A stretch of DNA of 64,000 nt, from the NCBI GenBank assembly GCA_028534125.1, contig CM052850.1, forward strand, positions 2,356,001 through 2,420,000. Reading direction: 5' to 3'. Shown piece by piece: positions 1 through 11,566 of this stretch; within the stretch, counting starts at the first letter, position 1; the number at the start of each line of letters is the position of its first letter. Under the pieces are notes generated by a model. It was not told the DNA's origin. It searched no databases and saw only the letters and a program-made list of their open reading frames with translations. Position numbers and translations under genes: made by a program. The stretch is from Lama glama (taxonomy: Eukaryota).

Positions 1-1100
1 ATGGGGACGCTTCAGACACACTTCGGCCACAGTCCTGCACCTTACACCACTTCAGGTCATGTTGTGAGTATCACTGGGTGAGTCCCCAGTGGTGTTTCAT
101 GAGAATGAATCATCCTGCAATGGCATAGTGTCCAGTAGAGGAAGGCGGGGCAGGTAAGCTTGGATTGGGTGGATCTAACCATCTCAGGAGCAGAGTCATT
201 GCTAACTCGCAGCATAAACAAGGGCTGTGCTGGGAGGACAGAGGGCAGAGGACATTCAGGTGCATCGCAAAGTGGATGTGAGGGAGGGCGTGAGCCAGGA
301 TGTGTGCTGGCTGAGTCAGGGAACACAGGGTCTGCTCTTCGTGGTCCCAGAGTCAAGGGAAGGCAAAATCCAGAGCACCTGGAGGTCAGCTGCAGAGACG
401 TGGCATCAGTGCTCTCAGTCCCTCATGGGGAGATGTGAAACTCACAACAGAAATAGATTCCCCCACTAGAAAGGACACAGCCCCACCTCGGGCAGTTGTG
501 TCCGGGGGGTGCTCAAGGGTACCGCCCCTTCACAGTGGCGGTAATTGTACCCTGACCCCAGCTCACAGGGCACCTTGGCCTGGAGCTCTCCCCCCTTGTC
601 TGAAGGGCTGCTGGCACTCTTTCCCGCGGGGACTGAGACAGGGAGAGGGACACACATACACAGAAAGAAAGATGGATGCCCCCCACCCGCCCCATAAGTC
701 CGAACGGAGGCTTAAGGGAAGAGAGGACTGTCTAAACACAAACCTAGTTAGAACGTCTCTCTGCCTTGCTTTCTTCTCCTCCTTCCTTCTTTTCCCCTCC
801 CCTCCCCACCACCTCCCTCTGTTTGGTTTTGAGGGGACTCTGAAGACTCATATTAGCAAGGGAAACTGGGCCTGGAGCTAAAGATTCTTCAGGGGGCCTA
901 CGGTGCTCAGTGTGAAATCCAACCCTGGTACTGGTCCTACTTCGCTTGCAATTTCTCAAGCTGCTGCCAAACTTTGTAATCCCAAGAGAAGCACAGGTTT
1001 TGGGGTTTTAAGGGGGCCTCTTTTCAAGGGAAAAAGGCAGAACCTCCTACCTAGGACTGGATCTCGCAGTCGGCTATTAGAGGGGCGTTCGCGGTTCCTA

Positions 1101-1106
1101 TTTATT
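1101..1106 (-). promoter_or_regulatory. Candidate polyadenylation signal AATAAA
   Basis: tttatt on the plus strand, about 2.8 kb after the stop; the downstream GU-rich element is weak. Confidence 0.35.
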
Positions 1107-1339
1107 CAGAGGCGGAAGGAAACCATTATAAGATTATGCTAATGAGTTCCGTGACTTAACAGAAAATTGCCTTTGATTTTCCGGCCTTAATAGGAGGGTA
1201 ATGCAGGCTAAAGGATAAGAAACCCGATGTGCTGGTCAGGGGAAGTTGAATAAGATGAGTTCATAGGTTCACGAGCGCTAGAGGAGCCCAGGTGGCCGAG
1301 GGCTGCACCCACACTCCCGCCGCTTTGTTCAGGACCCCG

Positions 1340-1369
1340 GCGCGTGTGTGCGCGCGCGCGCGCGCGTGT
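1340..1369. repeat. Alternating purine-pyrimidine tract with (CG)8 core
   Basis: gcgcgtgtgtgcgcgcgcgcgcgcgcgtgt. Confidence 0.9.
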
Positions 1370-3890
1370 TTAAGGAGTTCAGGTGTCCGGGAAGCTTTCC
1401 CGGCGTGGTAGATTTTGTGTTTGTAGTATGTTTGTAATGTTGTGTGCAGGCAAATTCCACTTCTGGTAACTGCTCTGCCAGCCTGAATTCCTCCTGGTGC
1501 AACGGCGTAAGGTGTCACTTCACACTCCCTCGCTCAGAACACAAGGCGGTAGACTCTGGCCGGCGCAGAACGGCCCCCCTGTAGTCGGCCTGTCCCCTGG
1601 GAAAGCTGCATTTCCGAGGTGAAAGCAAGCAGTTCTGCGCACACAAAGCAGCCTGGGGCAGCACTTTGGCGTGAAATGACGCTGAGCAGAGGGAACCTTT
1701 GAGACAGTACAAGGCCCAGAATCTGAGTCTTGTGCAACCATTAGGCCTGTTAGGCTCAGGTGTCACAGACCGCATTCCCGGGTACCCCAAGCACACGTGT
1801 GCTGAGTCGGGGGGGCAAAGTGAAAAGGGAAGAGGGTTTGAGAGCAGGAGGCCTCTGTCTCTGCATCCCTGGTCTCCTGCCCCAGAACAACTTTGGTTTG
1901 GGGGCTGACAGTGGGTCCTGAATTCAGCCCCATCAATGTCTAGAAGGCAGGGCCATCTCAAAGGATTCTGCAGCCACAGGGTTGAACTTGACTTTTCAGA
2001 GCTGACACAGCTATGCCTTATTTCTATGTCAACAACAACAAAACAAAAAAACCAACTTTGTAAGAAAACAGAGGCTCCTTCTTAGAAAAATAATGGCCAC
2101 CGACTGCCCCTACCCAAGAGGTGGAGTCTGGGCTGGAGGAGGGTACAGACTGCTCATCCCCTGCCAGGTCAGGCCAGGGACCTCTGATCCTCCCCAGGGA
2201 GGGCTCTGTGAGGCGGGCTCCATCTGCTCCTGGCTGGGAAAGGGGGGCCCTGCCTGGTCCCTGCTCCAGGAGAACCTTCCACCTCAGTGACAGTGCTGGG
2301 CATGGAGAGGGACCTAGGGGATGGTGTGTGTCTACTGAGCGGACAATCTACGTAAAAAAAAGGAGCGCTGATCAGCCAAGAAAGGGCTCTCTTTTTCTCC
2401 CTGCATCTGAGTTTTGGGGGTTAGGAATGATGTCCTGAGGCTGTCTCCTGCTCAGTGCCTACTCGGGGCAGGGATAAGGCCCAGGTCTGTCACACTGTGC
2501 GCTGAGGCCCATCCAAGCCGGCTTTGCTAGAAGAGCAGCCGGCGTCTGTGCTGAGGTATGTTTACTAATCACCTTGCAGTCCCCTGACCTGCTGAGCCTC
2601 AACCACAAACCAGCTGCAGAAGCTGCCAGACCGAGGTCTCTCCCTCCAGACCGCCTCTCTCTCTGCAGCTTCTCTCGTTTCGATCTGCCGGCCTCTCCCA
2701 TCTCTATGGAAGTCCCTACCAGGTGGTGCGTAGTCCACCTTGGATATGTGTGCTGCCCTCTTGGGGAGTGGCCAGGCCACGGGCACTCGGCTGCACTGGC
2801 CTTGCCGCTTGGCAGAGAGGCCCTCTGCCTCCTGGACCAGAGTCTGGGATGACACTCAGCCGGCGTGTGCTGGGGTAGCCATGATGCTGTTCCACATACT
2901 GGACCACTTCTCTGCTGGTTGGAATACGGACTCTGCCTGGAGCCCCCTAAGTGCCACACTCACCCTACCCTAGGCTGCTCCACGGCCAGCGTCTCCAAGG
3001 CTCAGGCCCGCCGTGGCATGGCACCCCAGCACTGAGGCTGGATCCCACTCTCGTCAGCTGGTGGCCTGGTTACACAGGTTGTTAAATCCTTTGACAGTAT
3101 CACCCTTACCAGAGCCTCAGGCACCTCTGTGGACCCCAGGGGCCCTCCTTAGCCTGAGTGGCTGACAGGACGGCCCCGCCCAGCACCACCGACTCTCTGC
3201 TTCTTTGGTCCCCTCCTCTACGGCATGGGCTGCCGGACTATGGCTTTGCTCATCCAGACCAGCCCTCGCTGCTGCCGCCACAGCACCAGAGGCCTTCTCC
3301 TTCCTCCTCCCTCCCCGCCTCCTACCCCTGGCATCCTGAACTCAGCCTGTGCTTCTCTGGCGGAAGCAAGCCGCAGGGTCACACATGAGATGCTGCTGCA
3401 GTCACCCTGGTGGCAGTGGCACCGGCTGAGGAACACGAGCTGGTAGGGGACAAGGTTCCTCTCCTAGCGTCTTCACGACTCCTCAGTTAAGAGCCACAAA
3501 GTCTTCCAGGCTTCTCAGGGCAACGGGCGTGGACACAGGCCGGCTCGGTCCTGCCTGGGCTGTAGAAAAGTGGGCAGGGGCAAGGGGAAGCAAAGCCATC
3601 CTCGTGTCCCTTCTCCCCTGGGACTAACCCTCCGTGTTCTTGTGTGTTCTTTCCCCAGCAGAGAGGCAGAACTATGGCAGTGCCCATCCTGCACAGGGAA
3701 ACAAAGCGATTCGGTGGGCTGGACTGGTGTTCCTCTCATCCTTTCCTTCCTCTTCTCTGATAGCGCACCGTGTCCTTCCATCCGTCTCCTTCCTCCCTCT
3801 TCCTCCCCCCCGGGCCGCACCGGCTTCCCAATTCGGGTCTTGGTTTTCCCCGCATGAGAGAAGAGCATGCATCGGAGGGGGGAGCAGCCT

Positions 3891-4433
3891 CTAGCATTTG
3901 TCGTCCTCTTCCGTGTCACTCAGGAGGTCGCTGACAGCGCCACACATCATGCCTGGTCCAGTTCCCCCGCGCCTCCGCCGCCGATAGTGCCCGTTGGGCA
4001 TCTGCCAGCTGTGCCGCAGGGGCGGGGCAGAGCCGATGGTGTTGGAGCGGCCCAGGCTGGTAGCCACGGCGGCTTCGAAGGTGAGCGTCTCCTCCTCGCC
4101 GCAGTCCGAGGCGTGCGAGTCTTCGTGCAGGGCCAGGTAGGGCTCGGAGATGTAGCGCTGTGGGGAGGGGCGCAGGCCCTGCGGCGCGTGCCGCGGATTG
4201 GAAGACTCAGGCAGGCCGGCGTCACTGCTCTCCAGAGTTTGGGAGGCCAGTGGGGAGCCACCCTCGCTTCCATCAGCAGGTGGGGAGATGCTTCCACTGT
4301 GTCTCATCAGGGAGCTGTAGGAAAGGAGGGGCCGAGGCTTGGGAGGGACAGGGGGCAGCTGCCGACGACTTCTTCTTGGGGTGCTGGTGTCAGAGACGGA
4401 GGGGATGGAGCTTTCGCTCAGGGACCCCGTGCC
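3891..4433 (-). CDS. CACNA1E: Cav2.3 last exon ~48, coding part ([11 protein letters not shown]...[12 protein letters not shown]...SDTEEDDKC*)
   Basis: acacag acceptor, 180 codons plus TAG; contains the RQLPxxP SH3-ligand motif and a terminal DxxC PDZ-type ligand. Confidence 0.96.
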   Translation of the reverse strand, partial: GTGSLSESSIPSVSDTSTPRRSRRQLPPVPPKPRPLLSYSSLMRHSGSISPPADGSEGGSPLASQTLESSDAGLPESSNPRHAPQGLRPSPQRYISEPYLALHEDSHASDCGEEETLTFEAAVATSLGRSNTIGSAPPLRHSWQMPNGHYRRRRRGGTGPGMMCGAVSDLLSDTEEDDKC

Positions 4434-4604
4434 CTGTGTGGCGGGAGAAACACGGCATGTTAGACTGGGTTTGGCTTTGTCCCTACTTGGGACCATGTGA
4501 AGGTTCCTAACCCTTCCTACAGAGAGCCACCAGAGTCCCCTCGCTCACATCCGCTCAGGGACGCAGAGATTAAAGGAGACTGAGGAGTCAGTGCCATGGA
4601 GACC

Positions 4605-4770
4605 AGGGCACGTCAACTTTCAATATGCCTACATGTTCCTGGGGGGTCTTGTTAAACCGCAGATGCGGGTCAGACAGTCTGACCTGGGTGGGGCCTGAGA
4701 TTCTACATTTCTAACGAGCTCCCAGGGGCTGCTGGACCACGGACCAAACATGCTGAGTTGAGCAGCAAGG
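4605..4770. mobile_element. hAT-Charlie MER5A-like element
   Basis: cttgttaaaccgcagat...gggtggggcctgagattctacatttctaacgagctcccagg. Confidence 0.7.
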
Positions 4771-5950
4771 ATGTGGATGCCCTCTCTCTATAGCACGGGG
4801 CACCCCGAAAGAAAGCCTTCAGCCTTGGGGCAAGACAGCTATGTGAAAGGTGATAGAAGGCTCTAGAGTTGCTCTGTCTGGGGAACTTTCTTGGGAATTG
4901 GATCTAAGGGAGCAGCAAAGGGCTTCCCTCTTCTCCTTTTGCATCCGTGTTGCCAGTCGCTTGCTGAGGCTAACGCAGCGTCGACAACACACACTCATCT
5001 GCCAGTTCAGGCCTTACATGACCTGCTCAGCTATTCCCAAGAGCCCCTGACTCGGGTGTGAGTACATGGACCTCCAGGACGGTGTTTTCTCAAGGTGCGC
5101 GTGTGACCTAGGAACCACCTGCTCGAGATCGCCTGGGAAATGCTGGGGTCTCTCCAAGTGCAGACTTGTGGGTTCCACTCTCCAGTGGGTCTCACTGCTG
5201 AAGCAGGAGCCTTGAGGTCCCAGGAATGTGCAGTGACAACAGGCCCTCGGTGACTCTGTTTTGCAATAAAACTTGACACCACTGCTCTGGAAGTGAACGT
5301 CTCAACTGCCTCTGAGTGTCGGCTACTCGTCCCCACTGCTCACCACGGGTGAGTGGGGCCTCCCAGCAGGGCTCTGAGATGTCGGGCAGGGATGGCAGTG
5401 GGGACAAAAAAACAGAGCCAGAGAATGTTTGCACTCCGCTCTGGAAGTTATTCTTAGACACAGGCTCCTGCTTCAGCCACAGGCCAGAAGGAGAGATGGC
5501 TTTCATTTGTCTAGTTTCCAGCCGTCCCAAAAGGAAGTTAAATTGATCTGACTTAGGAATCCTATGCTGAGGGATGAAAAACTGTTCTAACCTATACTAA
5601 GGTCAAAGAGACTTTCCTGGCTGAAAAAAAAAAAAAAAGACAAAGCTTTCCTCTTAAATCTGCCTGAGGTATTTGTGAACTTACTTGTTGTGACTTTGTG
5701 CCTCTGGATCTGAGGACAGAGACGAAATGCTCCCCTAGACACCACTGTCTTTCTTGGGGGGCTCTGCTTTTCTGTGAATTCGTATTTCTGAGCACACAGG
5801 CATTAAGTAGCTAACCTCTCTGCACAGTGGACGTAGTTTCCTTGACACTGAGGTCTGTGTGGGTGCAGGATGCCCAGGTTTTGTACCTAATGTTAAAAGC
5901 CCGTGCCTTCCCGTCTTTCTGCTGAGACGCCGCTTACTCCCCACACTCAC

Positions 5951-6141
5951 CTGTCGGCTGGGGGTCTGTGACCTGCCCTCGCTGGGAGACCGGGACTGAC
6001 GGCGCTCTGGGGACTCCCAGTCTGCCTGGGTCCCTCGCTCCTCAGAGTTGCAGCGGGACACGTCAGGGGACAGAAGGTGCTTCCGCTCTTTCGATCGTCC
6101 CCGCTCTCTGCCTCCTGAGCGGTGGGTGTCGGACTTGTGGC
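5951..6141 (-). CDS. CACNA1E: Cav2.3 exon ~47 ([21 protein letters not shown]...SQTPSRQ)
   Basis: 191 nt, tcacag/gtgagt, phase 1/0. Confidence 0.95.
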
Positions 6142-7035
6142 CTGTGAGAGATGACAAAAGCAGCTGGTCATAGCTCCGCCCACCCTGGCCGCTGAACCGA
6201 GAGACAAGTCTTACAGCCTGGAACTAGGCCCCTCCAGGACCCTGGCCTCTGCGGACATGCCACCAAGTGACTGGAAAGCGGGGCAGGAGAGGAAGGTTGG
6301 AATATTACCCTTTTGTGATGAGGGAAGTGTGCAGGTTGCCACTGGAGAGACTCGTGCACCTAGTGATGCAACTGTTCACTTGTGTTTCCATTTATGCTAG
6401 ACATCATGAAGCAGACTCTTTGCCAGCAACGTGGCCCAGGAATTCTCTGGGTCCTAAACATGAGTGTGTAATTTTGGGGTGGAAGATGGCACCAATAGAA
6501 AGGAATTAAGAAGTTGCTACGAACAAAGGAATGACAGTTACCATAATGCCCTGGGACTGAAGTCAAAGGATTTCACTTCTAGTCCCATTTCTGTCACTTA
6601 CGGGTGCTGTGACACGGGGCATGTCACTGCTTTTCTAGCTTTGTTCCCTCACGTAGTAAAGAGTTTGAGCCAGACTCATGATATTCTATATGACCCTTTT
6701 CCTTAAAAAAAAAAAAAAAAAACTCAAAGACAAAGCGATCCCAGGCAGCGCTGTCTGGGTTGAAGTAGCGTTGGCAGCAAAGCCCAGCCTGCCAGGGGCG
6801 CTGGGAGCATCACTGTGGCCCGTGGTTTTGCAGATGGCCACTGGAAACTGCCTGTTTTAATGATTTCTGTGGCCCTCCCCTGGAGGAAAGGTGTCTCCGG
6901 AGCCTCTGTGATGAGGATGGGGGTTTTGTTGCTTTGTTTCAGGATGGGAGTCAGAGAGAGGACCCCCTTTGTGAAGGAGCAGCCTTCACTCTCCGCGACC
7001 CTGTCTTGATCTGGATTCCACCCCAGTGATTTTCA

Positions 7036-7323
<288 letters not shown>

Positions 7324-8282
7324 TTACCGAAAGGATCTAAAAGTCGGGGAGGAGTGGGACTGGGATTGCTAAAGGATGCAAACTGTAACCTCCCTCCAGT
7401 CCCTCTCGCTCAGACCTCAGCTGGGGAGGCGCTTCCAGAAAATGTCTGTTAACAGAGTCACTGGGCTGGTGCAGGGCATCTCTTCAGGCTCAGGAAAGCA
7501 AGCAGCAGAGTGTTCTATGCAAGCCCCTCATTGAGCCGTCTACCACAGAGACTTGGCCAGAACCTGCCGTGAACCTGGAGCCACTTGGAACTAAGTGAGG
7601 GCAGCTGTCAAAATGTCTACACCAAGAAACGAGCACGGCTTTGCCTTCTGCAGTCTGCCCTCCCCGGGGAGGGCCCCGCCCTGGCGCGCTAGAGCTGTGG
7701 CGAGCGTGTAACTGACTGAACAGCTGCTGCGGACGCACTGCTGTCCCTCCATCACCCACCCCACCCCTGCTCCGCCTTCAACTCTGGCACCTTGAGGTGC
7801 CACAGATGTTCAAACAGATCCACAAAAACTTCTTGTCTCTGTCAAAACTCGACGTAAGACAGACAGACAGAAAAAAAAGGAAGCCAGGAAAACAGACAAA
7901 GAAATGAGGCGTGGCCTGCACCGGTTAGGACAGACAGTCCTGACACAGAGCTGTGTGTGTAAGTAACTGCCTACGTGCTAGAGGGGCCAGGAGGGGAGGA
8001 AAGGAGGGGAAATACGCAGGGGAAGTCCTGGGAAACACTTCTTGCGATGGTTGGCTGGATCTTGACGTTAAGCCCATCTGCAGGGGGGGGCGCCATTTTG
8101 CCTCATTAATGGGGAGGAGCAGGCTCTGGAGAGAAGGCCCATGAGCCAGGTTTTGCTTATAGCGAAGGGGGTCGGGGACAAGTCAAGGGATCACCTGAAA
8201 ATGTCAGCTGTTTCTTCATAACCCACCAGTTCCATGCAGCCCAGGAGGCCACTGCACGTGGCAGGTGGTGGTTGCTCTTTAC

Positions 8283-8411
8283 CTGGGGATCCATAGTCAG
8301 GCGTGGCATAGAGGACGCCCTCCCCGATCCCGCATGCTCCTGGGTGTCCGAAGGAAGGTAGATGCCATGGTTAGAGGGCTGCGCGCTTTCTAATTCACTA
8401 ACCTCTGGCTC
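8283..8411 (-). CDS. CACNA1E: Cav2.3 alternative cassette exon ~45, 43-aa C-terminal insert (EPEVSELESAQPSNHGIYLPSDTQEHAGSGRASSMPRLTMDPQ)
   Basis: 129 nt, ttctag/gtaaag, phase 0/0, open frame; matches the known optional 43-aa C-terminal insert of Cav2.3; not in ORF track. Confidence 0.92.
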
Positions 8412-8894
8412 CTAGAAATAAACACACAGCCAAGCTTGTGGGACTTGGTTCCATCTCATTGCTTCTCACTTCCAGTGGGTGATTCTGCCTCCTCCATACG
8501 AAGAGTGGCTTTTAGAAGAGAGACTTGCACCTTTAAGGTCTCGGTTGTATGTGTATGTCTGTCTGTGTCGGTGTGCACATGCGTGCTATACCAGATGTCC
8601 CGAACAGAAAGCACTAACCAGGACTGCAAGGACCTTATTTATCGCTAAGCAGTGCTTTAGATTCTACAGCTTTGTGAAACTTGCTTTGAGAGTTGGTAGT
8701 GCTGGGTTTAGTCTTTCAATCTGTAGAAGCCATCTGCCAATTACATAGAAACCATTTTTTAAGGGAAGTCACCAATTTCGGATGTCCAATATATGTTCTC
8801 AAACCTTAAGACATGTGATTCTTAAGAGGTTTCTGATGATAAAAAGCATCCAAAAAAGGGAGTGGGTGGCCATCTTCCAGGAATGCTCTGGACT

Positions 8895-9190
8895 AGTGCA
8901 GTACGGTAGAAACAGAATGCAAACCGCTTAGGTAATTTTAAATCACCTAGTGATTACAGGTAAAAAAGTAAAAAGAAACATGAAATTTAATAATAGATTT
9001 TATTTAACCCAATCTATCCAAATATTCTCATGGTGAGATGCAATCAATATTAAAAAAATTAATGAGCTGCATTTTTTGGTACCCAGCCTTTGCCACTGGA
9101 ATGTATTGTACACTTAGGGCACAGCTCAATTTGGACTAGCCACTTTTCAAGAGCTCAGTCACCACATCTGGGCAATGGCTACTGTACTGG
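8895..9190. mobile_element. hAT-Charlie MER33/MER3-like element
   Basis: tatttaacccaatctatccaaatatt and gcacagctcaatttggactagccacttttcaag...tggctactgtactgg motifs. Confidence 0.65.
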
Positions 9191-11275
9191 TCTGTGCAAG
9201 TTGAGAGCTTTAAGTAGACTGGATTGGAAATCTCTAAGGTCCTACCCAAATCATTTAATTTTCTTGGCTAAATAATGTTAGTTTGGCAAATGTACATGCT
9301 CTATCTAGATAGCCAGTGTCACTCTATAGAATAGAGCTGATTTAAAAATGTGTGCATGGCCACCCAACAAAGAGACCTAGGAATATCTTGGACATCTGGA
9401 GATGACACCAGAGAAAAGCTATTTTATGTTTAGGAAATGGTAGCCTAGCAACATGGGCATAAGAGTAGGGCACTGTTAAAGGAAAGGGCGCCTGAGACAT
9501 CCCCTTGGCATCCATCCATGACCATTTGGCTGAGTGGTTCCTGGCATGAACAGGAGGAGTCCCTTCCCAGGACATGTGATATGTGCACTTGAGGAAGGTA
9601 CAGTGTTTTTGCAGTGTATGCTTTATAGAGCACACAGGTCCGACTCGACACAGATGTGACGCTGCAGTTTACGTGGTAACAACACTGCAGTCTGTGGGTG
9701 TCAGAGGTGGCACAAGACACCCACGCACACACAAGCCATGGCCGTGGCCCAGCACGTGGAGCAGGGGCCCCAGGGGATGGGCAGGAGTACACAGTGGTGA
9801 GTGTGCAGCACGGGCTGACACCTGGATTGAACTACAGACACCAGTACTGACAACAAGATGAACACACAGCCGAGAAGTCCTGGCACTACGGCTCAGCCCT
9901 GGGGAGCCTGCAGAAGGGATGAGGCAGTAAAGCCTCCCTGTGAGAGAAAGGACACGTTATTGAGGCTTCTCCCACCAGACACATCGCCAGGCAAGCCAAC
10001 AAATACTGAGGGGCCCTGTTAAGAATTAAACTATCTGTGCCAGTTAGTCCCTGGGCCTTGGAGCTAAGTTCCGCAGAGAGGAAGGCAGGGACTTACTCCA
10101 AGGACTCTTATCCACCTTACCAAGAACGCGCTCAAGTAACTACTCACATCCGAGGTGGGGGGCGGGCCTGGTCTGTCTCCCCAGCATGACCACGCACAAG
10201 TCCCTGTCTTGTCAGCTACAGGACATGGAATCACTCATTTGCTGGGGCGACTGAAATGCTTTTTCCCCTCTGAAGGGTACCCATTCCATCAGACAAGCCC
10301 CCCAGGAGCAGGCCATGCCCACACGCCCCCCACATGTCCATTCAGGAAGGCTCTGGGGTACACAGTAGCAGTGGGGAAGGGTCAGGAAAAAAGAAGGGGA
10401 GAGAAGAACACAGATGAATTAGAATCAAAATGACATGGAACTCACTCAGTACAAGCGGGCTGCACACTCGATTGCAAAGGCCAGGTTTTACCCTTTCTCT
10501 CTCCAGCCAGTGAACACCTGGGCTTTGCCGCTAAGCTCAGGAGGGAACTTTATTCCTTAGCTCCTGAACTAGGAATAATAAAGTCCATCATCTCTGGGAA
10601 TCATGTTTTGGCTTTGGATCAGCAAAATCTAAAGTTCCATCTGCCCTCTTGTCTCTAAGTTTACACTCCATTTAAGAGAGTTCTCAGGAATTTCACCATT
10701 TCTGCTCATGAAAATCTTTAGACTCCAGAGAGTGATTTCAGGGAACTCTCAGAATGTATTTGCCCTTTTAGAAGTAGGACCAAAAGGGCCAGTCTGCTTG
10801 AACCCACACTGAGCAGAGGACCGAGATTCTTATGTGCTACCCATGAGTTCTCCAGGAGGTGAGCGGAGCTAAGGGGCTGGCGGGTGGCATTTTTGTTCTC
10901 TGTGAAGCTGCCCGGTTGGTGCCACTCATTCTTGTGATTCATCCTAAGGCTCCTTATCAAAGGCAAGATTTTATTTGTGGCTTCTGCTCCTCCATGTAAT
11001 GCACAGGGGTGTAAATCAAGAGGGCTTGACCTGAAGCATCATGAGTTCCTGCAGCAGGTAAGGGTGGTCTGGGGCAGTAGGATCTGAAGAGGGAGCATTT
11101 GTCAGAGTACATGAGACTCCGCTATGAAAGGGCAGGTGGCAGGTAACACCCAGGGTAATTGGTTGAACTATCAGAAAGGCTTTTTCTGGTGGATCATGGC
11201 TATGAAATAAAATTTGAAAGTGAGAGTGGGAGGGATCAGGAAACCAAGGAAGTATTTTTGAGGTCATGTAACTCA

Positions 11276-11566
<291 letters not shown>

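Larger units (their letters stand above)
1..3890 (-). other. CACNA1E: CACNA1E 3' UTR and downstream region
   Basis: Follows the stop codon, has no credible coding signal and few repeats; the only AATAAA I saw on the minus strand is at 1101-1106, so the true end is uncertain. Confidence 0.7.

Noticed and set aside
2716-2729. CTCF-like motif ctaccaggtggtgc
   Set aside because: Mismatches at conserved positions; cannot be supported without ChIP data
3867-4510. Plus-strand ORFs (198 aa, 116 aa) over the last exon
   Set aside because: Antisense shadows of the GC-rich CACNA1E coding exon
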